Positions 51,065-62,094 of a DNA stretch of 64,000 nucleotides are shown piece after piece. Source of the DNA: Clostridia bacterium (GTDB lineage Bacteria > Bacillota > Clostridia > JAAYHZ01). The position numbers were made by a program, and so were the translations under genes. How positions within the stretch are numbered: position 1 is the stretch's first letter; each line of letters starts with the position of its first letter. The stretch is from positions 192,001 through 256,000 of the forward strand of contig JBMNIH010000007.1 in assembly GCA_050950825.1 (NCBI GenBank). Reading direction: 5' to 3'. The notes beneath the pieces are model-generated. The model was not told where the DNA came from, did no database searches, and was given only the letters and a program-made list of their open reading frames with translations.

Positions 51065-51685
51065 TTAATCGGTCTTATTCTGCTGATTAATCATAGCCGC
51101 CTGCATGGGCAGTCCGGTAGGTCCGATGATTTTGGTTACAAATCCGGCCATTTCCTTCGGCTGCTGTTTGCGTCCGGTTTTCAGCCATGTCTCCAAAAGT
51201 CCGATGTATCCGTTAATGATAAAGGAATTGAACAATTCGTATTCTTCCGGGCTTAAGGATAGCCCCACTTCCTTCCAAATACTCGAGCATTTTTCATCCA
51301 CCAGCTTCTTTACACGTTGCAAAAAGGCCATATCTCCGTTAGGTCCAAGCATGATTTGGCACCACTCGTGGTTTTTATCAAAGAAGGCAAATACTTTGGT
51401 TAGGATATAATACGGATCGGCTTCTTGGAAAAAAGGGGCTTTGATGGGGTCGATCAGTTCGTAAAACTCGTTAAAAAATTCTTCCTCCACCTTTTTGATC
51501 ATATCAAAGATATCCGTATAGTGGTAGTAGAAAGTACCCCGATTCACGTCCGCCAGATCGCATAACTCCTTTACCGTGATACTCGAATAAGGCTTTTTTT
51601 TAAGCAAAGCAATCAAGCATTCTTTTAGTCTTTTTTTTGTGTGTCGGACGCTTCTGTTCTCCGCTTTCTTGTTTTCCATATCCAT
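51065..51685 (-). CDS. TetR/AcrR-family regulator
   Basis: ITVKELCDLADVNRGTFYYHY HTH; divergent from the ABC exporter. Confidence 0.93.
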   Translation of the reverse strand: MDMENKKAENRSVRHTKKRLKECLIALLKKKPYSSITVKELCDLADVNRGTFYYHYTDIFDMIKKVEEEFFNEFYELIDPIKAPFFQEADPYYILTKVFAFFDKNHEWCQIMLGPNGDMAFLQRVKKLVDEKCSSIWKEVGLSLSPEEYELFNSFIINGYIGLLETWLKTGRKQQPKEMAGFVTKIIGPTGLPMQAAMINQQNKTD

Positions 51686-51704
51686 ATCTTTACCCTTCTT
51701 TCGA

Positions 51705-51718
51705 CATAAATATTTATG
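51705..51718. promoter_or_regulatory. Perfect 14-bp palindrome, candidate TetR operator
   Basis: CATAAATATTTATG in the divergent tetR/ABC intergenic region. Confidence 0.45.
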
Positions 51719-51830
51719 CTTGTTGAGATTTCACCTTTTATAAAAAAGTTGATGATTTAATAAAATGGATAAATATGCTAGACTTGATTGTAGTTCAAAA
51801 TTCAACACTTGTCAAGTTGGGAGGGGATCT

Positions 51831-52535
51831 ATGGACTCTTTTGTCCGTTTTGAAAATGTTACCAAGGAATACCGTGCAGGAGATGTAGTCGTTACCGCAC
51901 TACAGGGTGTTTCTTTTGAAATCATGAAAGGCGAAATCTGCATTATACTCGGTGAATCCGGAGCCGGAAAGACCACCGTTTTAAATATATTAGGGGGAAT
52001 GGATACCCTGACTTCAGGGAAAGCGTATTTAGGAGAAAAAGAGATATCTTTATTGAACAAAAAGGAATTAACCGCGTATCGGCGGGAAGATATCGGATTT
52101 GTATTCCAATTCTATAATCTGATTCCGAACCTTACCGCCATAGAAAACGTGGAAATTGTGACCCAGATGATTAAAGATCCTCTGCCTGCGGAACAAGTCT
52201 TAAAAGACGTAGGCTTGGAGGACCGCATGTATCATTTTCCTGCCCAGCTTTCCGGAGGCGAGCAGCAGCGGGTGGCCATTGCCCGAGCATTGGCAAAAAG
52301 GCCTCGGCTTTTGTTGTGCGACGAGCCTACGGGCGCCTTGGATTATCGCACCGGAAGGCAGATCTTAAAGCTTTTACAGGACCAAAGCCGTAACAACGGA
52401 ATATCCGTTGTTATCGTTACCCATAACTCGGCTCTTACGGGGATGGCGGACCGCATCATTCGGTTGAAAAGCGGAAAAGTCGTTTCCATTAAGGAAAACG
52501 AACGTGTTCTGTCTGTAGAGGAGATCGAATGGTAA
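51831..52535 (+). CDS. ABC transporter ATP-binding protein (LolD/MacB type)
   Basis: [35 protein letters not shown]; ATG 51831 after GGGAGGGG. Confidence 0.95.
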   Translation: MDSFVRFENVTKEYRAGDVVVTALQGVSFEIMKGEICIILGESGAGKTTVLNILGGMDTLTSGKAYLGEKEISLLNKKELTAYRREDIGFVFQFYNLIPNLTAIENVEIVTQMIKDPLPAEQVLKDVGLEDRMYHFPAQLSGGEQQRVAIARALAKRPRLLLCDEPTGALDYRTGRQILKLLQDQSRNNGISVVIVTHNSALTGMADRIIRLKSGKVVSIKENERVLSVEEIEW

Positions 52536-55500
52536 TGAGAAGAAGTTCGGCATGGAGAAAAAACAACCTACGGGAAATTAAAAAAACACCGGGCCGCTAT
52601 TTTGCCATTCTTGCCATCATCGCATTGGGAGTGGGCTTTTTTTCAGGGTTAATAATTACAAAACCGGCCATGGTAAAAACATTGGACAAATACGTAACGG
52701 AGCATAAGATGTATGACTTCCGTTTGTTGTCGACGTTAGGCCTTACCGATGAAGACGTAAGCTTTTTCAATGCAAAAGAAGGAATGACGGCGGAAGGCGC
52801 CCTATCCGTCGATTTTATGGCCGCTTTGGATGCAGGGGAAGAGGAAATCATTCTAAAAGCCCATTCCGTAACCGAATCGGTAAGCTTGCTTTCGGTCCGG
52901 CAGGGTAGGCTTCCGAAGGCCGCTAACGAGTGCGTGCTGGATGCTCGGATGTTTTCGGATGACGTTATAGGCACTAAAATTAAAGTATCCGAATCCAACG
53001 ACAAGGATACGAAGGACCTTTTCGCTTACGACGAATACGAGGTCGTAGGTCTTGTCAATTCGGTCCATTATATCAGCTACGACCGCGGTACCACCGGCAT
53101 CGGTACCGGGTCCGTCCATGCCTTCGCATTTATTCCGATTGAAGGCTTTGACGTTGAATATTTTACGGAAATTCAGCTTTGGCTGCCTCATGATTTTGAA
53201 ATCTACAGCGAGGAATACGAAGACTTTATATCCTCACGCGAAGAGATTGTAAAGGCCGCTTTGGAGGAAAGAGCCGATCTTCGCTACAAAAGTATTGTGG
53301 ACGAAGCAATGGAGAAAATTGCGGACGGCCAAAAGGAATACGATGAGGCGTACGAGGAATATTTGAAAGAAAAAGCCGATGCGGAAAAAGAATTGGAAGA
53401 TGCAAAAAAGGAATTGGAGGATGCCGAAAAGAAAATCCGTGAAGAAGAAGAAAAACTGCTGGACGGAGAGAAGAAGCTTCTTGACGGGGAAAAAGAATAC
53501 CTTGAAGCGGTTAAAGAATACGAGGAATCCTTGGCGGATTTTACTCAAAAGGAAAAGGATGCTTATGCCGCCTTGGATGCGGCGAAGCAAGAGCTTCAAC
53601 AACAGCGCCTCCAAGTGGAATCCGGTATATCGCAAATAGAGAAAAGCGGCGTTTTGGAGCAGTTTGCGCAATTGACGGAAACCATTGCTTCTCTTAAGGA
53701 AGCCCTATCGATGATCTCTCCGAGCCTTCCGCAGTACCAAGCATTTAAAATGCAGCTGGCTCAAGCGGAGGTAGCCCTTCAAAGGATTCATGAATCCGGA
53801 GCTCTTGTGCAATACGAGCAATTAAAAGGCGCTCTTGTTCAGATCGAAGAAGGAGAAGTCCGTTGGGAAAGAGAAAAAGAAATGACCGTCCAAATGCTGG
53901 AGGAGGGAAAAGCAAAGCTTTCGGAGGGAAAGATCAGGCTGGATGATGCAAAAGCGGAAATCGATAAAAACAAAAAGGACATTGAGGAAGGCAAGAAAGC
54001 CATCCAAGAGGCAAAGGAGGAATACGAAAAAGGCCTTTTGGACTATGAGAAGGGTAAAAAGGAAGCCGACGAGGCATTTCAAGAAGCGGAAGAAGAATTG
54101 GCCAAGGCTTTAAAAGATTTGGAGAATGCTCGTAAAGAGGTGGAAGACATTCCGAAGCCGAAAACCTTCATTTTGGACCGTACCTACAACCAAGGATATG
54201 CGTCTTTTGAAAACGATTCCTCCATCTTGGAGGGTATCGGAAAGGTCCTTCCCGTTTTCTTTTTCTTGGTGGCCGCCATGGTATGCTCCGTCACCATGAC
54301 CCGAATGACCGATGAACACCGTACCCAAATCGGTACGCTAAAAGCTTTAGGGTACGGCGACTTTAAGATCGCGCGAAAATACATGACCTATGCCGGCAGT
54401 GCCGCGTTGATCGGCTGTGTGATCGGGTATTTTATGGGAACGAAATATTTCCCGATGGCCATATGGGCAGCCTACAGCATGATTTACGATATTTCTTCCA
54501 TTGCATATATCCACGACATACGGCTGGCAGTCATTTCTTTGGCGGTTTCTTTCCTTTGCTCAGTAGGGGTTACGTATGTATCCTGCAAAAGCGAGCTTTT
54601 ACAGATGCCGGCCGAGTTAATAAGGCCGAAGGCGCCCAAGCCCGGAAAACGGGTTTTATTGGAGAGAATTCCCGTCATTTGGAGTCGACTTCGGTTTGTA
54701 CAAAAAGTGTCCATTCGCAATATATTCCGGTATAAGCGGAGGCTTTTGATGACGGTTTTGGGGGTTGCAGGGTGCATGTCCATGGTTGTGGCGGCTCTTG
54801 GAATCAAGAACTCCGTCAGCAATGTGGTCAACGACCAGTTTGACAACATCATGATTTACGACTTTAACATCCGGTTTTCCGAAGGACAAACCTCGGCGGA
54901 AAGAGCGGAATTCATAAAAACCTACAAGGACGTATTATCGGAATGCGCATTCGTTTTGGAAAGCGATATCGAAGCGGTGAAAGGCGAAAGTATAAAAACC
55001 GTTACGATGGTGGCTACCGATGACCCGAATATCACTTCCGTGGTTCGGCTGTATTCGAAAAGCGGAAATATGCCCTATCCTTCCGACGGAAAAGCGGTGT
55101 TAAGCCATCGATTGGCGGAAAATTTCAATATTGCGGTAGGAGATACGATCACCGTTCGGATCAATGACCTTGAAACGGCGGATATTCCCGTGGAGGGCAT
55201 CTTTGAAAACTATATGGGCAACTTCTTGTTTATGACCGGTAATACCTACAAAGCCTTTTTCGAAAAAGAGCCCTCTTACCAAAACGCCTATGCTTCTACC
55301 GACAAGGAGGATCTGTATTCCGTATCCGCCTTGCTGACCAACGACGACAGCGTGGCCTCCGTAACGGTTCTTTACGATTTGAGAGTGATGGTGGACAATA
55401 TGATGGAAAGCCTGAACCGAGTCGTAACCTTGGTCATCTTTTGCGCGGCGGCCTTAAGCTTTGTCGTGATTTACAATCTGAATAACATCAACATTACGGA

Positions 55501-55813
55501 ACGGGCTCGGGAGATTGCCACCATAAAAGTGCTAGGCTTTTATCCTTATGAGACGGAAGAATATATTTTCCGCGAAACGCTCATATTGACGGCTATCAGT
55601 GTCATAATAGGATTAGGCTTGGGTAAATTGCTCCATCAATTTGTGATGGACCAAATCCGGGTGGATGCGGTTTCCTTTAAGTATCGAATTTTATGGAGCA
55701 GCTATTTCATCGGTGCCGCGGTCACCTTCGTTATCACCTTCCTTGTGAATTTGATGCTGAGGAAGAAGATCGACAACATTAAACCGGCGGAATCGCTGAA
55801 ATCCGTTGAATAG
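52529..55813 (+). CDS. FtsX-like ABC permease with a long extracytoplasmic coiled coil
   Basis: Two FtsX-type regions (QIGTLKALGY, EIATIKVLGF) and about 300 aa of heptad-like E/K-rich sequence. Confidence 0.92.
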   Translation: MVMRRSSAWRKNNLREIKKTPGRYFAILAIIALGVGFFSGLIITKPAMVKTLDKYVTEHKMYDFRLLSTLGLTDEDVSFFNAKEGMTAEGALSVDFMAALDAGEEEIILKAHSVTESVSLLSVRQGRLPKAANECVLDARMFSDDVIGTKIKVSESNDKDTKDLFAYDEYEVVGLVNSVHYISYDRGTTGIGTGSVHAFAFIPIEGFDVEYFTEIQLWLPHDFEIYSEEYEDFISSREEIVKAALEERADLRYKSIVDEAMEKIADGQKEYDEAYEEYLKEKADAEKELEDAKKELEDAEKKIREEEEKLLDGEKKLLDGEKEYLEAVKEYEESLADFTQKEKDAYAALDAAKQELQQQRLQVESGISQIEKSGVLEQFAQLTETIASLKEALSMISPSLPQYQAFKMQLAQAEVALQRIHESGALVQYEQLKGALVQIEEGEVRWEREKEMTVQMLEEGKAKLSEGKIRLDDAKAEIDKNKKDIEEGKKAIQEAKEEYEKGLLDYEKGKKEADEAFQEAEEELAKALKDLENARKEVEDIPKPKTFILDRTYNQGYASFENDSSILEGIGKVLPVFFFLVAAMVCSVTMTRMTDEHRTQIGTLKALGYGDFKIARKYMTYAGSAALIGCVIGYFMGTKYFPMAIWAAYSMIYDISSIAYIHDIRLAVISLAVSFLCSVGVTYVSCKSELLQMPAELIRPKAPKPGKRVLLERIPVIWSRLRFVQKVSIRNIFRYKRRLLMTVLGVAGCMSMVVAALGIKNSVSNVVNDQFDNIMIYDFNIRFSEGQTSAERAEFIKTYKDVLSECAFVLESDIEAVKGESIKTVTMVATDDPNITSVVRLYSKSGNMPYPSDGKAVLSHRLAENFNIAVGDTITVRINDLETADIPVEGIFENYMGNFLFMTGNTYKAFFEKEPSYQNAYASTDKEDLYSVSALLTNDDSVASVTVLYDLRVMVDNMMESLNRVVTLVIFCAAALSFVVIYNLNNINITERAREIATIKVLGFYPYETEEYIFRETLILTAISVIIGLGLGKLLHQFVMDQIRVDAVSFKYRILWSSYFIGAAVTFVITFLVNLMLRKKIDNIKPAESLKSVE

Positions 55814-56032
55814 ATCGAAGATAAGGAAGAATTTACCAAATGAACGCTCACTCACTAAATTTTACCATAACAAAATTAGACTGCCAATTTCTTAAAAAAC
55901 GTATTAAATGTTACGGACATAAAAGACAAGTTATGGTAAGATAAGAAGGGAATGACGTTCGAAGGCATGATTTTCGAATAGTCGGAAACCGTAAGGGAGT
56001 ACACCTTTTCTAAACGACGGGAGGTTTGCAGT

Positions 56033-57226
56033 ATGAGCTTTAAAATTAGCGATACGATTACTTGGACGGGTAAAATCGATTGGGAATTGAACCGATTTCA
56101 CGGAGACGAGTACTCCGTTCATCGAGGAACATCCTACAACTCGTATTTAATTCGTGACGAAAAGACCGTTTTGATCGATACGGTTTGGGCGCCTTTTGCC
56201 AAAGAATTCGTTGAAAACTTGAAAAAAGAAATCGATCTTGACGAAATCGACTATATAATCGCCAACCACGGTGAAATCGATCACAGCGGGGCCCTTCCCG
56301 AATTGATGCGATATATACCGGACAAGCCCATTTACTGCACAAAAAATGCCGTTCGATCCATCAAAGGCCACCATCATGAGGATTGGAATTTTGTTGAAGT
56401 AAAGACGGGAGATACGCTGGATATCGGGAAGAACAAGCTGGTTTTCGTGGAAGCCCGCATGCTGCATTGGCCGGATACCATGATGACGTATATGGCCGGA
56501 GAAAACGTTTTGTTCAGCAACGACGCTTTTGGGCAGCATTACGCCTCGGAGCTCATGTTTAACGATTTGGTTGACCGAGAGGAATTGTACCGTGAGGCCA
56601 TGAAGTATTACGCCAACATATTGACGCCTTTCAGCCCTTTGGTGACGAAGAAGATTCAAGAAGTGATAGACATGAATATACCCATCAACATGATTTGTCC
56701 GAGTCACGGAATCATTTGGAGGGACAACCCCTTACAGATCGTAGAGACCTATCTGAAGTGGGCGGCCGATTACCAAGAAAACCAAATCGTCATCGTATAC
56801 GATACCATGTGGAACGGCACACGCAAAATGGCGGAGGCCATTGCGGAAGGGATCAAGGAAGCGGACAAGGATGTGACCGTAAAGCTTTTCAACAGCGCAA
56901 AACGAGATAAGAACGACATCTTGACCGAGATTTTTAAATCCAAAGCATTCTTGATCGGTTCACCTACCATCAACAAGGGATTGGCTCATTCGATCGGCGG
57001 ACTTTTGGAAATGATGAGAGGATTAGGCTTCAAGAATAAGAAAGCGGCAAGCTTCGGAAGCTACGGCTGGAGTGGGGAAGGTATAAAATTAATTACCCAA
57101 GCTTTGAAGGAAGCGGGTATAGCGACGGTGGACGACGGCATAAGGGAATTGTGGAACCCGGATGATGAAGCGAAAGAGCGCTTGAAAGCGTACGGGAAAA
57201 ATTTCGTAGAAGCGATAAAGGCTTAA
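56033..57226 (+). CDS. Flavodiiron protein (FprA type; O2/NO reductase)
   Basis: GTSYNSYLI, NHGEIDHSG, LHWPD, SNDAFG, flavodoxin domain with FGSYGWSGE. Confidence 0.93.
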   Translation: MSFKISDTITWTGKIDWELNRFHGDEYSVHRGTSYNSYLIRDEKTVLIDTVWAPFAKEFVENLKKEIDLDEIDYIIANHGEIDHSGALPELMRYIPDKPIYCTKNAVRSIKGHHHEDWNFVEVKTGDTLDIGKNKLVFVEARMLHWPDTMMTYMAGENVLFSNDAFGQHYASELMFNDLVDREELYREAMKYYANILTPFSPLVTKKIQEVIDMNIPINMICPSHGIIWRDNPLQIVETYLKWAADYQENQIVIVYDTMWNGTRKMAEAIAEGIKEADKDVTVKLFNSAKRDKNDILTEIFKSKAFLIGSPTINKGLAHSIGGLLEMMRGLGFKNKKAASFGSYGWSGEGIKLITQALKEAGIATVDDGIRELWNPDDEAKERLKAYGKNFVEAIKA

Positions 57227-57250
57227 CGAGCTTGCGGCAAGCTTATTTAA

Positions 57251-57277
57251 CAAGAGGCGGAAAAGCCTCTTTTCTTG
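57251..57277 (+). terminator. Terminator after the flavodiiron gene
   Basis: AAGAGGC-GGAAAA-GCCTCTT followed by TTCTT. Confidence 0.7.
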
Positions 57278-57443
57278 TGGATTTTTGGCGAATCGAGGCC
57301 AAGTTTTTCGGTTTCCTCGGTTCCTCCGGTCCTTTGCTTGAAAGGGAAGCTTTCGGTGTGATAGAATACTTAATAATAATAAGGAACAACAAAGCAAAGA
57401 ACCTAAATAGGTGCATTTTGATACGGCACGGTAGGGGGTACAT

Positions 57444-58613
57444 ATGATACTGATTAAAAATGCCAAGATCTTGACCATGGCGGGTAAAAATATCGAATCC
57501 GGATATATTATTATCCGAGACGGAAAAATTCGACAACTGGGAACCGATGCGGACATGCCGTCGGAAACCGGATTTGAAAAGGTGATTGACGCCCACGGAG
57601 GCTACGTTTTGCCCGGGTTTGTGGATGCCCACTGTCATATCGGAATGTGGGAAGACGGAGTCGGCCAAGAAGGAGCCGACGGAAACGAAGCGACGGATCC
57701 GGTAACGCCTCAATTGAAGGCCATTGACGGCATCTTTTTTAAAGACAATTGCTTTAACGAAGCAAGAGAAGCCGGAGTCACCGTCTGCGTCACCGGTCCC
57801 GGGAGCGCTAACGTCATAGGCGGCCAATTTGCCGCGGTGAAAACACTGCCGGGTACCCCGGACGATATGATCTTAAGCGACTGTATTGCCATGAAGATGG
57901 CTTTCGGCGAAAATCCGAAGAGAGTGTACGGCGGACAGAATAAATGCCCTTCCACCCGTATGGGAACGGCGGCCATTATCCGAGAAAGCCTGTTAATGGC
58001 GGATGAATACCAAAGAAAAATCGAACAGGCGAAGGAAAGCAACGAATCCAAAAAGCCGGATTTTAATTATAAATATGAGAGCTTGGCGAAGGTACTGGGC
58101 GGAAGGCTTCTTGTAAAGGCTCATGCCCACAGGCAGGACGACATCATAACCGCCATTCGTGTTGCAAGAGAATTCAATCTTCATATGACGATTGAACACG
58201 GTACCGAAGGATACTTGATTTCGGAGTACATAAAGAATGCGAATTTCGGCGTCATAGCAGGGCCGATCATAAGCGATCGCAGTAAAATCGAGCTTCGAAA
58301 CCAAAGTCCGAAAAATCCCGGAATATTGGCGAAAGCCGGAATCTTAACCGCCATTATGACGGACCATCCGGTGATTCCCATCCAATACCTTCCCTTGTGC
58401 GCCACCGTGGCTTACAAGGCGGGAATGGACGAGGAAGAAGCGTTGAAGGCCATTACCATCAATGCGGCGAAGCTCACAGGAATCGACCATCGGGTAGGAA
58501 GCATAGAGCCCGGAAAGGATGCGGATATTTCCGTATTCGACGGACATCCTTTCGAATTCCGAACAAAATTACGCTATGTATTTATAAACGGTAAATTGGT
58601 ACATGAGGGATAA
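57444..58613 (+). CDS. Metal-dependent amidohydrolase
   Basis: PGFVDAHCHIG, KMAFGENPKR, HAHR.DD, EHG, TDHP, GSIEPGKDAD. Confidence 0.92.
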   Translation: MILIKNAKILTMAGKNIESGYIIIRDGKIRQLGTDADMPSETGFEKVIDAHGGYVLPGFVDAHCHIGMWEDGVGQEGADGNEATDPVTPQLKAIDGIFFKDNCFNEAREAGVTVCVTGPGSANVIGGQFAAVKTLPGTPDDMILSDCIAMKMAFGENPKRVYGGQNKCPSTRMGTAAIIRESLLMADEYQRKIEQAKESNESKKPDFNYKYESLAKVLGGRLLVKAHAHRQDDIITAIRVAREFNLHMTIEHGTEGYLISEYIKNANFGVIAGPIISDRSKIELRNQSPKNPGILAKAGILTAIMTDHPVIPIQYLPLCATVAYKAGMDEEEALKAITINAAKLTGIDHRVGSIEPGKDADISVFDGHPFEFRTKLRYVFINGKLVHEG

Positions 58614-59097
58614 ATATATTCGGACAATTGAAACCCGCAACGAAGAAGAAACGAAGGCGTTCGGGAAGTTTTTAGGTGAACATGCCAAGGCCGGGGATAC
58701 CTTTTGTTTGACCGGCGATTTGGGCAGCGGAAAAACCGTATTGACAAAAGGAATAGCGGAAGGCTTGGGGTTGTCCGACGAAGTGACAAGCCCTACATTC
58801 GCCTTAATGAACATTTATCAAGGCGAGGTTCCGCTGTATCATTTCGATGTTTATCGCTTGGAGGATCCCTCCATGATCGCGGATATCGGTTTTTACGATT
58901 TCGTAGGAAGCGACGGCGTATCGGTTATCGAATGGGCGGACCTTATACAAGACTATTTGCCGGACGGATACATTCGACTGGATATCAAAAGGGATTTTAA
59001 AACCGGAAGCGACCGAAGGGTCATAACGGTGTATCAAAAAGGAGAGAGCATGGCCCACGTCCTGCATGCATTAGAGGAACGGGAGAAAGAACTATGA
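58603..59097 (+). CDS. tsaE: t6A biosynthesis ATPase TsaE
   Basis: GDLGSGKT, VTSPTF, HFDVYRL, IEW. Confidence 0.96.
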   Translation: MRDKYIRTIETRNEEETKAFGKFLGEHAKAGDTFCLTGDLGSGKTVLTKGIAEGLGLSDEVTSPTFALMNIYQGEVPLYHFDVYRLEDPSMIADIGFYDFVGSDGVSVIEWADLIQDYLPDGYIRLDIKRDFKTGSDRRVITVYQKGESMAHVLHALEEREKEL

Positions 59098-59783
59098 TTG
59101 TATTGGCCGTTGATACTGCAACCAAAGCGGCTTCGGCCGCCTTAATTGATAACGGGGAAATCCGTTCGGAGTTTTTGATCAACAATCGAACGATGCATTC
59201 GAGAAATTTAATGCCTTTGGTGGAGGAAGCGGTCAAGGCCGCCGGCATCAAGAAGTCGGATATCGATTTGTTTGCTTCCACCGTCGGACCCGGATCCTTT
59301 ACCGGAGTTCGAATCGGGGTTGCAACCGTGAAGGCTATGGCATACGCATTGAAAAAGCCCGTCGTAGGCATCAACACGTTGGACTGCTTGGCATATGATG
59401 TCTGCGAATACGAGAAATTGATTTGCCCCGTTTTGGATGCGAGAAACGAACAGGTTTTTTGTGCCGTATATCGTAAGGACGAGAACAATACCTTGGAACG
59501 CCTGACCGACTACATGGGTATTCCCATAGAGGAGCTGATGGAACTTTTGGAAGGCTATCAAAAAGACGTCATTTTTACGGGAGATGCCTATGAAATGTGC
59601 CTCCGCCGAGAGCCTTCTCGAAAATTTAGAAAGTACGGTGTTCACCGCGGCGCCTATATGCCTAAAGCTTCTACGGTAGGACTGATGGCCCTTCATGAGC
59701 CTTTCACGGATCCCGCTCTTTTAAAGCCGTTTTATCTACGAATGTCTCAAGCCGAAAGATTAATGGGTAGCAAAAATGAGTGA
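59094..59783 (+). CDS. tsaB: t6A biosynthesis protein TsaB
   Basis: LAVDTAT, GPGSFTGVRIG, LDAR, P.YLR.SQAE. Confidence 0.96.
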   Translation: MIVLAVDTATKAASAALIDNGEIRSEFLINNRTMHSRNLMPLVEEAVKAAGIKKSDIDLFASTVGPGSFTGVRIGVATVKAMAYALKKPVVGINTLDCLAYDVCEYEKLICPVLDARNEQVFCAVYRKDENNTLERLTDYMGIPIEELMELLEGYQKDVIFTGDAYEMCLRREPSRKFRKYGVHRGAYMPKASTVGLMALHEPFTDPALLKPFYLRMSQAERLMGSKNE

Positions 59784-60231
59784 TCGAATACGCATCGTAA
59801 GAAGCAATGATAGTCATATTGACGGTATCTATGAAATTGAAAAGTCCGTATTCGCCGTTCCTTGGTCGAAAAAGGCTTTGTATGAAGATATCGTGGAAAA
59901 TATCTTATCCTATTACGTTACCGCTTTGTCGGAAAAGGAAAAACGCGTTGTGGGATACGGCGGAATGTGGCTGGTACAGGATGAGGCACATGTAACCAAT
60001 ATTGCCGTTGACAAGGCTTTTCAAGGGAAGGGCGTAGGCTCGGCCATCTTAGAAGCGTTGATCCGAAAGTGCGAAATTTCCGGGATCCGGTATATGACCT
60101 TGGAGGTTCGGGAAAGCAACTATGTGGCTCAACGTCTTTACCAAAAGTTCGGATTCAAGGCGGAAGGGATTCGCAAAGGATATTACTCGGATAATAAAAA
60201 GGATGCGATTATCATGTGGAAGTATTTGTGA
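59776..60231 (+). CDS. rimI: Ribosomal protein S18-alanine N-acetyltransferase
   Basis: F..PWS, HVTNIAV, QGKGVG, LEVRESN..A..LY, GIRKGYY. Confidence 0.93.
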   Translation: MSDRIRIVRSNDSHIDGIYEIEKSVFAVPWSKKALYEDIVENILSYYVTALSEKEKRVVGYGGMWLVQDEAHVTNIAVDKAFQGKGVGSAILEALIRKCEISGIRYMTLEVRESNYVAQRLYQKFGFKAEGIRKGYYSDNKKDAIIMWKYL

Positions 60232-60265
60232 GTATTGCCTTTGGAAAGCGGGGGATTCATCGTAA

Positions 60266-62083
60266 ATGTTTGACATACGGGAAGAACTGAAAACATTGCC
60301 TGAATTGCCGGGCGTTTATTTGATGAAAAACGCTTCCGGAAAAATCATATATATCGGAAAAGCCCGCGTACTTAAAAACAGAGTGAAGCAGTATTTCACG
60401 GGAACCCATGATCCGAAAACCTCCGCTTTGGTGGACAGGATCAAGTCCTTTGAATATATCGTAACCGATAACGAAGTAGAGGCATTGATTTTGGAATCCA
60501 CGTTGATAAAAAAGCACATGCCCTACTACAACATACTGCTGAAAGACGACAAGTCCTTTCCGTATCTTCGCGTAGACACGGAAGCCTATTTCCCTACCGT
60601 TACCATTGTTCGGAGACCGGCGGAGGACGGTGCCAAATATTTCGGCCCTTTTCACATCAGCGCCACCAATTTGAATCGTACGCTGAACATTTTGAAAAAA
60701 GCTTTTCCCATAAGGTCGTGCAATAAACAGTTGGACGGTAAAGATATTCTTCGACCTTGCTTGAATTACCACATTAAAAAGTGTGCCGGAGCCTGTGCAG
60801 GATATATATCCCGGGAAGAGTACTTGGCTTACGTCAAACATATCATCGATTTTTTTTCAGGAAAACACGAGGACATTGTAAAATCTCTTGAAAAAGAAAT
60901 GCTGGAAGCTTCGGATGATCTGGATTTTGAGAAAGCGGCGGATTTAAGAGATAAAATCGGATTGATAAAGTCGGTAACGGAAAGGCAAAAAATCGTATCC
61001 GTGGGCGGCGAAGACGAAGACTATATCGCCATTTATTCGGAGTACGATCTTTGCTGTATCGCCGTCTTTTACGTTCGAGACGGCAAGGTATCGGACAAAA
61101 GGGAGTTTATCCAAAAAAACATATTGGGAGAGCCTATAGAGACGGTGCTCGACTCCTTTATGAAGCAATACTATACTTCCGAAACCTTGGTTCCGAAAAC
61201 CATTGTTGTCAATGTAGAGCCCCCCGATTCGGAGCTGATTCAAAAATGGCTTTCGGAAATGACGGGAAGGTCCGTAACGATCAAAGTACCCCAAAGAGGA
61301 AAGAAAAAAGAGATGATCGATATGGTCCTTCAAAATGCGCAGATCCATTTGAAGAATACTTGCTTAAGGCAGAGTAATGCGAGAATGATCGCCGAAGAAG
61401 GCTTACACGGCTTGAAGGAGCTTTTGGACCTTGAAGATATACCGGTTCGAATCGAGGCCTATGATGTATCCAATTTCGGCTCCTCCCATATTGTTGCGGG
61501 AAGAATCGTATACATCAACGGAAAAAAGGAGCCTTCCCAATACCGCAGGTACAAAATCCGAGGAACCGATTCCCAAGACGACTACCTTTCCATGTCCGAA
61601 GTCCTTCGAAGAAGGTTCAAGGGCGGAAAGGATTCCGAGGATATGCCGGATTTGATTTTAATCGATGGCGGAAAAGGCCATGTAGCTGCCGTATCCAAGG
61701 TCTTGCGGGAATGCGGTTTGTCTCATTTAAAGATTGCCGGTATGGTAAAGGACGACAAGCATAAAACCGCAGGGCTTATCACCCCGGAGGGACCTGTGGA
61801 TATGAGCGGTCATATGCCGGTGTTAAGGTTTTTGTCCGGTATACAAGAGGAGACCCACCGATACGCCATTGCCTACAGCCGCTTGCTGACCGAAAAAGCC
61901 ATGCGGGAGTCGGCTTTAGACGATATACCGGGGATAGGACCGACACGGAAAAAAGCGCTTTTAAAGGCGTTCCAATCGGTAGATAAGATTAAGAAAGCAA
62001 GCACGGAAGAGCTTAAGAAAGTAAAAGGAATCACGGAACAAGTAGCGGAAAACATTTATCATTATTTCAATGAAGACGAGTAG
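60266..62083 (+). CDS. uvrC: Excinuclease ABC subunit C
   Basis: GIY-YIG (PGVYLM..YIGKA), FEKAADLRD, RIEAYDVS, PDLILIDGG, C-terminal HhH. Confidence 0.98.
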   Translation: MFDIREELKTLPELPGVYLMKNASGKIIYIGKARVLKNRVKQYFTGTHDPKTSALVDRIKSFEYIVTDNEVEALILESTLIKKHMPYYNILLKDDKSFPYLRVDTEAYFPTVTIVRRPAEDGAKYFGPFHISATNLNRTLNILKKAFPIRSCNKQLDGKDILRPCLNYHIKKCAGACAGYISREEYLAYVKHIIDFFSGKHEDIVKSLEKEMLEASDDLDFEKAADLRDKIGLIKSVTERQKIVSVGGEDEDYIAIYSEYDLCCIAVFYVRDGKVSDKREFIQKNILGEPIETVLDSFMKQYYTSETLVPKTIVVNVEPPDSELIQKWLSEMTGRSVTIKVPQRGKKKEMIDMVLQNAQIHLKNTCLRQSNARMIAEEGLHGLKELLDLEDIPVRIEAYDVSNFGSSHIVAGRIVYINGKKEPSQYRRYKIRGTDSQDDYLSMSEVLRRRFKGGKDSEDMPDLILIDGGKGHVAAVSKVLRECGLSHLKIAGMVKDDKHKTAGLITPEGPVDMSGHMPVLRFLSGIQEETHRYAIAYSRLLTEKAMRESALDDIPGIGPTRKKALLKAFQSVDKIKKASTEELKKVKGITEQVAENIYHYFNEDE

Positions 62084-62094
62084 ACGGTGAGAGC

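Noticed and set aside
53330-54140. E/K-rich quasi-repeats, including EKLLDG/KKLLDG
   Set aside because: Ordinary coiled-coil heptads within the FtsX-like permease.
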